NCBI RefSeq assembly: GCF_964355755.1
Contig: NC_092672.1
Location: 25,302,437-25,366,436 of the forward strand
Source of the DNA: Antedon mediterranea
Lineage: Eukaryota; Animalia; Echinodermata
Length of the DNA stretch: 64,000 nucleotides
Direction of reading: 5' to 3'
Shown here piece by piece: positions 37,598 through 52,500 of the stretch. A program made the translations under genes and the position numbers. Every line of letters starts with the position of its first letter. Within the stretch, counting starts at the first letter, position 1. Below the pieces are notes generated by a model. That model was not told the DNA's origin. It saw only the letters and a list, made by a program, of their open reading frames with translations, and searched no databases.

Positions 37598-37945
37598 TTA
37601 AGTATTTAGCTAACTTTCCATTTACTATACATAATACAGTGGCAATATATTTTACTCCAGCCGGGGTACAGTAACTTGGAACGGTAATAATCGATCAATC
37701 AGATGAGATCAGATGTCAGAACTTCGTTCTATGACAAGACACCGATCAACAGAATTTGTAGATTGATTGCAATAAAAATAAAATGTGATCTTCGTAAACC
37801 ACAACAAAATCTTATGTCCAATTTTAGGTGCGAAACTGCAGTAGCGGCGGCTATTATATAGGCTAGATCCTACCTAGCCTAGCTAGGACAGGTTAATAAG
37901 GCCCAGGGCCAATATATACAATAACATAAAATTCATCCTCTGATC

Positions 37946-40900
37946 GGGTGTGTCGAAAGCGAAGACCTCGAAAGCGAAGATCGAAGACCGAAGACCTCGA
38001 AAGCGAAGACCCTACGAAATGGTAGTGTGCACAAAATCCGACCAAAATCGATGATAACACCTTGAATTTACAGATTCTAAAAAAATATTTCGATTTTAAT
38101 CGTTATGTTATCAAAAAACATGACTTTATCTATGAACAAGCTCACGTGTTTTCGCCAATGGAGTTAATATGTGATATAGTTTTACGAACAAACACATCGC
38201 GCTATTTGCAAGGCGACGGACACACAAGAAGGACCTCGAATTGAATGCAATATTAAATGTCACTTTTTCCGATAACTTTGTATTGTAGCACACGTCGCCT
38301 ACAATTTAAAACCATAGCCAACTGTATAGAAAAGTATAGAAATAAACTACACAGTAAAGTAAATAAATTAAAGTAAGTAAATTGTAAGAAGTAAAGGATG
38401 GCGATAGGCATTTAGCCTAATTTTAGAGCCTATATAAAAAGTGTCCGTATCATAGATTTTACACTTGTTTTTAAAAATGTTATACGTACGCGTGAATACA
38501 ACTAAGAGATCCTTTTTTTTGCATTTAAATATTATTATGTTGATGTATGTTTATTATCTATAATATTTGCCTATTTGTATGAATAAATACAATAAGATAT
38601 TTATTTTCCTGGAGTTATTCTGTATAGTATTTTAAACTTGTACATTTTCCCCATTGTAGCCAATACTACAGTATTACTGATTTAATTATTCGCCAGTTTA
38701 AAAATGTTTTTCTAATGTATTCATAATGGACAAATAATATTATCAGTATCGGTTAGTGTGGTTGGTGAAGCGACAGTACTATGTAAAGAAGAAAAATGTA
38801 AAATAAATATTTCATTAACCAACGTATGAACTACTAAACGAAAACATCCTGCCGCAACGTATTGTATTGAACGCGCGCGCAACATAAGAAAATACTCTTC
38901 TATCTATTTTTGCATCCCCTCTTACGATCGAGAATCATGAAGAACGTAAAGCAGTCGGCGTTGAACACGTCGGTTCCCACTTGTGATGACACGCAAATTT
39001 GTTCTTAAGGCGCACTTTGCGTCGATCTGGATACTAATTCCAGCTCTTAAAATATTTCCCGGGTCAAAATTGGCAGACTATATTCAAATTATGATTTGAC
39101 AAGAAGTAAAAAGAACGAACGATATAGGCATCAGCGTTCTGCAAATTTTGGTTATAAATCGGTCGTTTCCTGCGACATATCATCTGTTTCACGGCTTCCA
39201 TAATTCCGAATAATTATGCCATTATGTGAACGTTCACAAAGACAAAAGCCATTCAAAACAAAGATTGAAATAAAAAATATTCCCTCCAAAATTACAAGTT
39301 GCCGATTTTGTTACAATATGATTAGTGACGATAGTGTGTTCACGTTTAATTTATTTTTCAATATTAAAACGGGTGTTTATTCATATCGGTATTACGTTTA
39401 CCGACACTGTCAAAAGATTAGTTTAATGAAGTTCCAGTTCCGCCAACCACAATTTTCCTCATCATCAAATAAAAAACTGACTTTTGTTTTCAAGCATTGC
39501 CCGTGGTGAATACAAAAAGAGATACTCTCTATAAATCTTTATTAAGTGATGGTGAATGTTTATCGGGCTTAACCACTCTAACCCCCAACCTTCTATCTCA
39601 CAGGCTTGTGGTTGAGACGACTATTCAACAGTCTCCCGATTTTCAACAGATTGTCGACGTCCCGCTTCTAAATGTTTGCATCCCTGCCATGAGTGTCCAT
39701 TAACAAAAGAAAACATAACATTTTAATTAAGAAACAGGTTACCGGTTGTTGACCATTTAAATATAGAATTGACACTAATACAAACAAATCTAACAGAATT
39801 ATACTATTATAACGGGTTAACGATCAAGAAAAATGTTCAGAGTGTGATGTCTATCGTTCGTTCTACAGTATTAGCCTTTCGTCAAATCATAATTTGAATA
39901 CAGTATTATTTTTTACTTTGACAATACAAAGATATAAAATAAAGTTCCGTTAGTTCACGGTAAGCTGTTGGGACGAACTGTCATTGGCCCGGGAAATATT
40001 TTAAGAGCTGAAATTGGTTTTCAGATCGACGCAAAGTGCGCCGTAAGAAAATAACGTTGCGTGACGTGTCATCACAAGTGGGAACCGATGTGTTCAACAC
40101 CGTTTCTGCTTTATTACGTTCATCATGATTCTCGATCTTAAGAGGGGATGCAAAATAGATAGAAGATAGATAGATAGATTTTCTGTTGCGCGCGCCAATG
40201 ATACGTTGCGGCAGAATTTGTTTTGTTTAGTGGTTCATACGTTGGTTAATGAAATATTTATTTTCCTTAAAAGGAAAATAAATATTTCATTAACCAAAAA
40301 AAATTTACATTTTTCTTTACATCATCGGTCGCTTCTCCAACCACACTAAATATTCTGATACTGATATAGGCCCTATTATTTGTCTATTATGAATACATTA
40401 GAAAACATTTTGAAACTGGCGATTAAGTAAAATAGCAATAGTTACAATGGGAAAATGGAAAAGTTTAAATACAATACAGGAAAATGAATATCTTATTGTA
40501 TTTATTCATACATTTAGATAATAAACAATAGGCAAATATTATAGATAAAAAACACATAGCAACATATTTAAATGCAAAAAAGATCTCTGTACCTAACATT
40601 TAAAAGCAAGTGTAAAATCTATGATACGGACACTTTTTATAGGCCTATAGGCTCTAAAATAAACCTAAATACCGGGCCTACCGCCATCCTTTACTTCTTA
40701 CAATTTACTTACTGTAGTTTATTTCTATACTTATAAACAATTGGCTATGATTTTAAATTGTTATCGGAACAAGTGACATTTAATGTGCGAGGTCCTTCTT
40801 GTGCGTCCGTCGCCTTGCAAATAGCGCGATGTGTTTGTTCGTAAAACTATATCACATATTAACTCCATTGGCGAAAACACGTGAGCTTGTTCATAGATAA

Positions 40901-41089
40901 AGTCATGATTTTTTATAATATAACGATTAAAATTGAAATATTTTTTCAGGATCTGTAAATTCAAGGTGTTATCACGATTTTGTATGATTTTGGTCGGATT
41001 TTGTGCACACTGCCATTTCGTAGGGTCTTCGCGTTCGAGGTCTTCGGTCTTCGATCTTCGCTTTCGAGGTCTTCGCTTTCGACACACCC
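37946..41089. mobile_element. MULE/Foldback-type non-autonomous element with ~1.2-kb TIRs
   Basis: Termini GGGTGTGTCGAAAGCGAAGACC...GGTCTTCGCTTTCGACACACCC; 10-bp TSD TCCTCTGATC (37936-37945 and 41090-41099). Arms at ~37946-39150 and ~39830-41089 are reverse complements, which also explains the duplicated ORFs at 38062(+) and 40761(-). Confidence 0.9.
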
Positions 41090-42264
41090 TCCTCTGATCG
41101 GATCCGACAATCTGTTCACCTACCTAAGCCTAGCCCTTGGCCTACTACTAGGAATAGCCTATATCTAGCTAGAGCCTGGCCTAGGCCTACTAGACCCGGT
41201 CTAGCTATATGGTCAGCTAGCCTACTTACAGACCGTACTAGTACTACCTACTGGGCCTCTATAGCCTAAGCCTAGCTAGGTAGGCCTAGCTAGGCTTATA
41301 AGGCCTAGCCTACCCCTAGGCCTAGCAATTTGATGATTCGTTATCAAATCGACACAGTTTAAAAAACACATCATTCCGCAATAGTTATAGATTACTGAAT
41401 TACAAAAATTGGGTTTTTTATTACCTGAAAATCTAAACTATCTTTTGCTGATGATGAATTGTGTTTTTTGTGGCACAACCTATGGGACGTCAATTTAAAA
41501 GTATGGCACGCAAATTGCTACGTGTCTTTTTAAATAATTTCATATCAATTATTTATTTTTAAAAACCCGATATTTCAAAAAGTGAAGTTCAAACACACAT
41601 TCAAACGAAACAATAAGATCAAGGCAATGTTATACGATGGTCATATAAATGTATTGGTCCATGTTTGTTTATTATAAACCTGGAATAAATAATGTCTTTA
41701 TTTGCATGTTAATGTACAAGGGGTATCAACGTTGGATAAAGAAATATATTATTACAAAACGTAGGCTATTTCTTCATTTGCATGTTCAAAACACGTTTCA
41801 AGTTCAAGATTAAAGTTATGAATGTACATATAAAACTATAACGTTAGAATTTTAAAGTAAAGATTTAATTTGTTCACAATAAATTTTTTAGGAATTTTGG
41901 CCTGTGGTTTTAGAAATGATCAAAGTCTCTTTTCTCTTTCAAATTAAAAAATAAATAAATAAATTTCGGGATGTTTGGCAAAAAGGTCAACATGGTCAAA
42001 ATTAGGAGCTTACATAACATGTATTGGAATATTATAATTGGTGTCAAAATACTCAGAAGACCCATATTTCTATACACTCTAATGGACACATTTTCCAGAA
42101 GTCAACGGAAACCCCCTTTCTGACCAACTTTCAACAAAATGACCATAACATCAACCACTGGTCAAAAGGTGATAGTTTTGGTCGCAAATTACTCGCAAAG
42201 TTGTTATATTTTTTCCATAAATTCCACTAAATGCCAATAAACCATTTATTTTTTCCAACTTATA

Positions 42265-43080
42265 GCTATAGGTTTCCTTCTTATTTAAATGTGAAACCAC
42301 CAGGTCTAACAAGGTTATAATAGCATCATCGACCCCTCTATTACATTGATATGCAAATTGGTTATTATCCATAAAATCACTACATTCAGACATTAGTTGG
42401 TTTCTAACAATCTTCTCAAGAATCTTCTTTAGAATAGACGTTAATGCCACTGGTCTGAAGTCGTTAATGATTTTAGGGTTACACATTTTCGTAACAGGTA
42501 TTATCTCAGAGACCTTCCATAGATCAGGTATCAGCGAACACTGGAAAAGCTGGCTTATTATTGGTGAAAGCTGATGAGAGGCACATGATCTAATCAAACG
42601 CCCTGATAAACCGTCAGGACCATTTGCTTTACTAATATTTACACTTTCCATATGTTTCTGAACATCATCTACATCAATTTTTATTGCACTTTTATCATTC
42701 ATTTCATTTTCAAACTCTTCACCAGATGCAGTCATTTCACATTGAAAATTTATTTCATCAAATCTAGAATAAAAAATATTAAAATCATTTCGTTTGAAAC
42801 TATCTTCAATTTCATTATTTTTCTTCCCCATACCTGCCAGTAATTGTCCTAACTCCATTCCAGGCCTAACGGGTGTCCCGACACTTGAATTTGTTCTCAA
42901 TTTTTTCTCTATATTCTTTTTTACATGCTTTGATTTTCTTATTCACACATTTTTGAATCTTTTTCTTTTCCATCTCGTTGATTTTGTTTTTTTGATGCAA
43001 TATAGTTTTTAAGTAATTCCTCTCTTACATATTTTGTGAGCCAATGCTTATTATTCTTAAATATTTGTTTTAGGTAAGAT
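42265..43080 (-). mobile_element. LINE reverse-transcriptase fragment (Rex1/Babar/CR1 group)
   Basis: KANGPDGLSGRLIRSCA..LSPIISQLFQCSL..WKVSEIIPV.K..NDFRPVALTSILKKILEKIV..NQFAYQCNRGVDDAI; truncated on both sides. Confidence 0.85.
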
Positions 43081-43455
43081 CAAATTTTGACAGAATTGTA
43101 TGTATTCAACAATTGCTTAATCAAATGAGCTAAGAGTATGAACATAGTAGGCCTATTGCTCTTATCATTAATTGTAAATAAAAAAAGTGAGATGAACATA
43201 AAACATTTGAACGAAACAAAAACCGATAAAATGAATGTCCAACAGGAGTGGCGTTTTCCCCCAAGCAACCGAAGGTGGGTCTCGCGCAGAAGACAGACCA
43301 TTCTGATTCACCCCTGACTGATCCCCATCCTGGTTGGCATAATAAATGCTCCTGGAAAGACAGCGTTAAATAACGGGCAGTAAAGCTAACGAAAAGTTAA
43401 AAGCAATCAGCAAACAGTAATTAAAAGGCGTAGTTAAACTAATCGAGTAGGTTAA

Positions 43456-44292
43456 AGATGTATTGCCCCCTGAAAAATAATTTTTTTAATTTTTTGTTGT
43501 TGAATATGCTATTTTAATGTCACATAATAGTTATTGACTTCGACCAAAATTGGATTATATATTTTTTTTTTTTTTTATTTAAAAAAAATATGCGCACTCA
43601 TGGCAATTTTTTAAACGCTTAAAATTGCCTGGAACGTACTCTTATTTCATCGAAAATAAATTTTGAAAATTTTAAGCGCGCGTACGCATGCGTTACATGC
43701 GCTACGAAAGTAATTGTATTGCCCCATATGATGATTTATGCCCTGAAATTTATGAGTACCAAATTTTATTTAATTGTGATTCATGGTTGTGAAGATATGA
43801 TTACAAACGTGATTTCGTTAAATCGTGCGTAGACCGCGTAATTTTTTATTGCGCACCGTGAAAACATAACCACATCGATTCCTGGCCATAAGGAATATAC
43901 TGTGAAAAATTGACTTTGCTAGATTAAACTGATATCAAGATAAGGTCAGAAAGCGATAACACGCTTAGTGATACCGGACAGACAGACAGACAGACAGACC
44001 GACAGACCGACAGACAGACCGACAGACAGACCGACCGACAGACCAACCGACCGACATAGTGAACTATAGAGTCGCGTCCACGTGACTAAAAATGGTCAAA
44101 TTGGCTCCCAGCCAATGGAATTTTCGTTGAATTTAACCATTTATCATGTTATTTTATAGGCCTAAGTGAAACATTATTTTTTCAGTTTTTTTTTCTACAG
44201 AAGTGATTCACTTTATTAAAACTACAAAATAACCTATTCAAAGTTTGATTTAATTAATCTTCATTTTTCATGTTTTGGGAGACAATACATAT
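43456..44292. mobile_element. Kolobok-like MITE with a nested HINE (~43580-44092)
   Basis: TTAA|AGATGTATTGCCCCC ... GGGAGACAATACATAT|TTAA, same family as 15677-16011. The insert carries (GACA/GACC)n and AGAGTCGCGTCCACGTGACTAAAAA. Confidence 0.8.
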
Positions 44293-45328
44293 TTAAGGGT
44301 CAACGATCCATACTAAAATATTTTGAAAATGATAGTAGGTCAAGTGTTATAACGTTCGTAAAAGCTAGTTACTTATTGGCCGTAGAGGGGGTAAATGCAT
44401 AAAATGTTATTGCACTTTGACCGGAAGAAATAGAGGAAGTCCAGGCTAACATGTTAATGAAATAACAACTCAATTAGACAGTTACGCAAATTATTGTTAT
44501 TAAACTATGTTTTTAAAAAAATATTTGAATTTGAATAAACCAACTTCACAGACATACAAACCGCGGATTGTCCCAGTTGTAAACATGAATAAGGAACAAA
44601 TTATTCGTTTCAATAAACTTAAGGAACGAGAAAGTAAAATCGTTTATTTTACAATCGATATATGCCTATTATTAAAAAGACTGTACAATAGCATATCTTG
44701 TTTTTTTAATTGTCTAAGTATTATGGTGAAAATGGTGTTTTTTTTTTATTATATCCCTTTATTATTATTATAAAAATATGTAGAATTTAAAAATAACTTA
44801 TACAAAAAAAAAATAGATATTAATTTCCTTAAAATAACATATTCTTTTCTGTGACAGTTTTTTTTGTTGGAAAGAAAAAAAAAAACTATTTGCCGGTCCT
44901 TCTAAAGGAACACCAAAATAGTCTTGAATAAAAAACTAAAATTAATATTTCGATTGTGCTAAATCAAAAAGAAAGTGTGGCTACCAAATCCTACTAATTT
45001 CTTAAATCAGCGCATTTATAACTCTCATTTATTTTCGTTATACTTTAGTACTGGTGACTTTCTTGGATGAACTCATAAAAGCAAATGATAACGTACATTA
45101 CGCGATAATTGTTTTGATACTAAGATTAATTTTGTTGGTGATACTAAAAGCTAGATTAATGACGTGCTCGCAAAATTTATGACTATATACAGTAAAAACA
45201 ATTTTATAAAACGTCTGTTATTTTAAATCGTTGCCAATGATAGTCAGCAAATTTCGCATGACAGCAGATAAATGATCGTTTGTTGAAGTACGATAATAGA
45301 AAAAGAAGAAGAAGCATTATTTTTCAAA

Positions 45329-46516
45329 ATGGTTTACGGATTTACTCGTATAATCGCTATCTTTGTAATGCAAAGTATTATTATTATTCCAATCACAACT
45401 TCAGGTAGGGCGAAACATTTTATTGTCAGATGAAATGGGTGATTTTTAGGTCTTGCGTTCTTTTTCCCCTCTGTTGTGGCGTTCACCACTGTTTTTATTC
45501 ATTCTATAAGATAATTTAATATGTCTTGCTATTATATTATTTTTCGTTATTTTCTTCTATCTGTAGGCCTAAGTATGTGATTTGATAATAAACGTTAATT
45601 GATAGTGGTAATTTAAAATCTGCACGTCATTTATATTTCTATCTTATCAACTAAAACTTTAACATTTACTAAATATCTCGTTTTTAATGGCAAAATATGT
45701 TTATATGGGCTTATGTGATTTTTATAGGTAATTATAAGACTATTCTAGGTATATTAGTACAAACATTTAAAAAGTGTTATTTTAGCTCAAAATGTCTCTT
45801 ACTTCCTTCTGCTATGGTACTATGAGCGCACTATGTTGAACAAACCCATATTGAAGGAAGCAAATCCCCAATAATTATAGTAAACCAATGGTCACATGAA
45901 AAATACAATTATAAATTAATGGTAAGAAGTATTCACTACATTAAGTATTACTTAAAACCAGTATATCAAACTTTGATTTACATAAAAATAGATATATTAC
46001 TTGTTTTTTTGTCTTGTGTGGGTTCGTCCCACTTTTATTATCATACTCTGTTATAAACATTTTATTTTTTAAACTTATTTTTTCCTCTCGTTTATATCTT
46101 ACAATGTTAAAAGTAATTATAATAAAAACATTGAATTCATTATTTTACATTAAAAAAAGTAATTTAAATATATAAAATAATTAACAAAATGCCTAATAAA
46201 AGACGATAAAAATTGATTAAAAATTGATTTGACAGTTGTAATTATTCGTTAAAGCTCGTGCTCGTGTTCGTGTTCGGGGAGAGAGGCTATAAACTCAGGG
46301 GAGGAATATAAAATACCCTCCCTTTTCACCAAGACAAAAATGATTGAGATGAATAAGAAGAATGCAAAAGTTTAGAAAATAAGGTATTTAGAATGGATAG
46401 GATGGAATTATCTATTTAATGAAAACCGTAAGGTTAGAGTCCATACACTGTGCAAGTCCAAAATAGTATTTTGACTCTGTGTGTATGTGAGACGCTTCAT
46501 ACCACCCGGATGTAAA

Positions 46517-46577
<61 letters not shown>

Positions 46578-49500
46578 AATAACAAGACTTAAAATAACGT
46601 TATACATCAATATTAAAATATTTGTATTTCAATTCAATTAAATAAATTTACATATTATTCATATACTCATCACAAGCACAGAAAAATTCAAAACGATAAA
46701 GATGGAAAAGTCGCTAAAATCAAAATTCGGAACCGGAACAGTTTGCTTGATATGCAGATTTTTCTTAACCTTTAGACCACTGGGGTTTTTATGGTAATTT
46801 TCATCTTCGATTGGGGAGCGAATCTTTTTTATCCACGTCGTAATACGGAGGAGCATAGATATAATATTTATAACTATCAAAACGTACTAAAAAAGTCTAA
46901 CAGTTTTTCTTTTACGTTAGCCCATTTTTTCCAGCTTTGATAAAGTTACATGCGTGTTCATATTTTATTAAATTGGAAAGTTCCGTTTTGTATACGTTCA
47001 ATATTGTTTGTGTTTCTTCCTTTAATAAATTATTATAGGTAAAACCTGACTTATAAATACAAAAACAGAAAATAGAAATAAGTTCATTCAAATAGATATA
47101 TTACTTGACATAAAATATTTACTACAAATTTTGGAAAGCGTGTTCTTCATCCCTCGTAGTCGTTTGAAATATGTGATTTGTGTTTCTGTACGGTTTCATT
47201 AGTTATCCGCATTCAGCGGATAACTACTTGTAATTTTATGATTCTACGGGTTACCCCGGTGAACTGGTTCACACAATAGCCCCTGTATCAGAGGGATTAC
47301 CACCTATCTGATAGGACAGTGATTAATTCGCTATTGGTAATCCTTGGCCACATTGCCCAAAGACATAAAATAAATAAAATAAAATACTTTAACTTAATAT
47401 ATTTTAACCTAAATACAGGCCTATATTCAATTGAAATTGTCATTATCCAGTACTAATATCTACGATGTATGTCACCTTTTATTTTAATATAATTATAACA
47501 TAAAAAATGTGTATTTATTGATGTAATAATATTCTATGAAAACAAAATGCAAACAATAAAAAATTAAAACATTTTTGGTATTTTGCTTAGAATCTTTTTA
47601 GTTTTGGATTAAATTCTGCAATAAGTAAATTAGTTTAATCAATGGCTTGGAAAAAGATACTTCCATAAGATAGCCATGACACTGCTTTCTGATTTATAGC
47701 GCCTACATAAAGGTACAAACTTGTCCCATACTTCCTTTGCCTTGGTGGGTCAGTATTGTTAAAAAAAACTCACTTAATTGGAATTTTTATGAAGAAATAT
47801 TTTGAGCCCTTAATTCCACCTAAAGCCTGTTTTCCTGTCGACGTTATTCGACGCTATCGTTAACAATAATCAGCGATCTTCTACGTAAACATTGAAATGG
47901 TAACGATTTACAGGATAAGATACTCGCTGTCGTTATCATTTCAACTTGATCGTTTTCAAACGATCGTCGTTGAACTGTTAACGATCAACGACGATAGCGT
48001 CGAATAACGTCGACAGGAAAACAGGCTTTAGTTTGCCTCTTAATTGTTTGCTAGATGGCATGGTTTTTATGAAGAGCTAAACTTCTCAAACATGTTAGTC
48101 AGACTTGGTACATGGAATAAAACTTTACATTTATGGTGTTTTCGGAACAAAATAATTATTTTATTTCCGTAAAAAAATCTAATAATAAAACAGTGTGTTT
48201 CTCTTTGTTATTATTTCGCTCGTGTGGATATTCCTTTCACGTTTACTATTATTTAAAATAGGTAAATCCTGTATTCGATCTACAATTTTCAAGAAACATT
48301 ACGATCTGCAAAAATCAGAAGGAACTGACCTGGTGTTTTCTACTAGAACAAGAAGTGCAACTCGATGTTCTGTGTTGTGTCTGAGTCTTACTCCTGACTG
48401 TCAATCATTTCTCTATAACGTCACATCAAAATCATGTGAATTATCTGGCAGTTTGAGATTTGGAAACACTGGAGATAAGGGTGTATACTCACTTCGAACA
48501 AATGTACGTATTTTCTCCAAGGGAGTAGTTACAAAAGAAGCTTTGATAATTCGTATGACGTAGTTAGTTCGGTCGTCCCTATCACTCCTTAAATGTTAAT
48601 GTTTTTTTACACTTTGATTTGAATATCTCATTAAAAGAAAACAAGGCCAACAGCCATAAGTCGCGTGCTAAAACACATAGTGATACCGGACCGACAGACA
48701 GACAGACAGACCGACCGACCAACCGACATAGTAAACTATAGAGTCGCGTCCACGCGACTAAAAACTTCAATTAACCATAGTCATGACAGGAACTCATGTG
48801 CACCTCGGTTTGCACAAAAGTAGTGGGGGTTGTAAGAAAATGCTCCCACATAATTACTATCAGATATTGACATTTTCAACAAATTGTGTATTGTGGAGTC
48901 AAGCCATGGAACAATAATTAAATACTTATTTTTCCATATTGAAAAAAATTTTAAATCAAAATAAATCAGAAAAATTAAAAATGTTTACTGTCGTAGGCAT
49001 ACGATTAAGAGTTAATTTACGTGTCTCATCAACCGCCTTTTATTGCCGTAATTTTATTTAATTTAGGTGAAGGATTGCCAGGATATTTTGAAAACGTCAA
49101 GAAAAAGTGGATTATACCCAATTGCCAAAAGTGGTAGAAACGGATTGCTTGTATACTGTGATATGGACACTGATGGAGGAGGATGGACGGTAAAGTATAT
49201 CAACATGTTTATCAATTGATAGTCAATTGGATTTAACCATTATTTTATTCATTCAATTCGTCCAATAATTTCAAACCTGGCAATGCAATATTCACAGATA
49301 TATTAGTTTTGTAGTTCAAATGGGCTTTGTTGGGACAAACATTATTTTGAACAAGGTTACAATTTGTATTATTTACATAATTATTAATAGTTGCTTCTTG
49401 TAGCAACTCATAATGTATTGAAGTGACGGTGACGCAACACGATCCGCAATTGATACCTAGTGTAACCTCTTTCAATTGTGCTGTGGTCCCAATTCTTTAA

Positions 49501-52500
49501 ACAGAGATAAAAGAGCTATTGTATATTTTAGGTTTTCCAACGACGTGAAGATAATTCAATAGATTTTTATCGGTATTGGGAGGAGTATAAACATGGATTT
49601 GGAAATATTTGCGGTGAGTTCTGGTTGGGGAATGACAATATACATGAGATGACGTCATCTGGAAAGTACAACCTTCGAATTGATATGAAAAAGAATTCTG
49701 GTGAAGCATACTATACAGTATACGAATCCTTCAGAATCAGGAATGAAAGTGAATGCTACACTTTGGAACTTGGAAATCTAATAAACGGCAACACTGGTAA
49801 ATGCACAGATTGTTATTATTAATAAGCCTGCTCTATTAACTAACTTTCAATAAAAGTTAAGTAGAATGGAATATGAGAAAAAAAATATATTATTATTATT
49901 GCTGAGTTGTTAAGTAATAAAGACAAGAGCAATTTTTAAGGTTCTGTATGGCGATTTTTCAATTTTTAAGTTTGTGCGTGAGATGATGTGGGCCTAATAG
50001 TGTATTTAACTTAGTTTTTTTTTTTCTATCTCTTTTTATTTGTTTCATCCCATGAAAGTGGGTGGACGTTAGGTTTACACCCGTATTGTATTTTAATGTA
50101 ATCTCTAATGTATTGAAGAATCTTGCTGACAGTATAGGATTATTTTCATTATATTGATTACAAGTCAAAATTAGAATATATCATTATATTATGCCTATAC
50201 ACCTTGCATCACGTGCCGTTTGAAATCTACCTTTAGCAGAAAGTGATATTTATAATAATGGTTCACATTCAGCTTTTGGTTTAAAAAAAATGCAAGTTGG
50301 TGTTTTTGTTGAAAAATATTATAGTCCTATCAGTCTATACATCATTTTGGACTTTTAGATTAAGTGAACGTGCACATGACAGTCACGTCCACATGGGTTG
50401 TAGTGTCTGTTCTCGTCGATAGATATAACAACTTTTAGATAAAGTGGACATACATTGACGTGTCAGAAGTGAACTTATGACGTAATGACCTTCGGATCTG
50501 ACCTTGTAATCTCTATAATAGCGCTCACTGTGGTGCTATTCCATTGGGCTGAGCCGTTGAAAGTACACAGGCTTAGGCCTATCCGAGATCCTTAATTTTC
50601 TGAACGAAGGCTGGCGTCCTAGTGATAAGACCCAGGCCACAACCTGTATTATTAAATGTCTTAATTAAGATAACCAATAAAAATCAATAATTCACAGTTT
50701 GCAAATATATTTTGACTAAATTCACTTTACTACATTCTCAGAAAATCATCGCGAGATTCTCGGCCATGATTTTTGCATACGTCCACTGGTACACAGAGAG
50801 AGAACGTAAAGATGCCACTGAACAAGCGCTCAGTCAATGTATCAGGCGCCTACCACAAGCGCATATCTTAAAAATGACGTAATAGGGTAGAGGTCGACAT
50901 AGTGGACGTGAAAATCTAAAAGTCCCTATTTTCTCCAAGAAGGAAGACATAGGACAGTGGCCTAGCCTTCTACACAAATACAGTTTTAGACTATACTAAG
51001 CCCATGCTGTTGAACTAATACACAAGAGTAATAAAACAATTAATGTTTTCGCGCCGCTGCTCTAGCCAGCTATGTCCCATGAGGACATATTCATTAATAA
51101 GTTGTTTCATAGCGGTAGTTTTAGTATCTAAGGCCGACAGTTTTGCGAATTTGCAAACTCGACTATAATTTATAGGTCCCAGCTGCTGGACCCCAAAAAA
51201 CGTCTGGGAAAAGAGAGTCATGAGGGCTGACGGTTGAATTTTGGATTCTTGCCCTTTGATTGGTTGACGCGAATAAACAGATTGTGAAAGAATTTTCACT
51301 TCTTTTAAGTAAGTAATAACAACATTTATTCAACATCAACAGACAGTTTACATAGTTTATGGTCAAGACACACAGAAGCCAAAGTGGCTTGTCTTTATAG
51401 TCCCTAAGCATAAAACATAGACGGACGCATTACAGTTACAAAAAAAGACATTTTGAGACAGAAAACGAAAAAATACAAAGTGAGATCAATCAAAATAACA
51501 ACTCCATGATGCAATGTACCCCTCCAATTTGGACCACCGTCGGATTTCAGAGTTCTCGCTCCTGATGTCTACGGCTGACTTTGGCAGCCAGCCGCAGCCG
51601 TCAGTCAGTCATGGACATCCCCGGCGTCCATTTAGGCTGTACAGATTGGATGAGGAGTTGACTGGTCCACAATTAGAGGAATCATGCGTCTTAGGCGTTA
51701 AATCTAAAATATAATGTAAGCATGGGCCTATATAATGTAAGCACTTGTACCACACACGTTGTCTCTAGAGGGTATTCAGTTGCAGTCACACACACACAGG
51801 CTACAGCACATTAAAGTTCAACATTGACCATTTTTAAATGCCATTTTATAATTAGTAGATTAATATTTGTTGGCAAATAATACATTGTTGGAAAGGTACA
51901 CATATCTTCTTTCAAATGCTGTGTATACAATTAACTAGTGAAAAAAAGGGCATGTGATTCATAATTAAAGAACTATCTGTGATTTGTATGTATCGTTGCG
52001 ATTAAAGGACATCTTTTTAATAATTAATCATAAATTAATCCAAAGAACAATGATTAATTTTAAAATGTCCGGCGGCATTTTTTGTAAGAAATAATTCTTG
52101 TTTATATATTAAGTATATTGAATGGAAAGAATATTTCATTTGTTGAAAAGTTCAACAGAATTCAATAGAGAAATCTTTCAATTCGTGAAATATTTTCACC
52201 ATCAACTCAAAACATTTATTTTATATACTGTATAAGAACACACGTTACTTTGTTTCTAACCAAATTTAGGAAAGTATGTAATATTTATTTCATTAAAACT
52301 ATATTCAGATTTATTTATTTACTATTATTTTTTAGTTGATGTATTGGAGCATGGTCCAGGGCAATGTTTTTCAACACGTGACAGAGATAATGATGACAGA
52401 GATGAGGAATGTGCCAAGATATTTAATGGCGCCTGGTGGTTTCAAAGTTGTTTCACATGTCATTTAAATGGAGAGTATGGGAATTCATTTAATTGTTTTA

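Noticed and set aside
38062-41087. Two similar ORFs on opposite strands (38062+ and 40761-) suggesting a gene pair
   Set aside because: Both are chance frames within the two arms of the foldback element.
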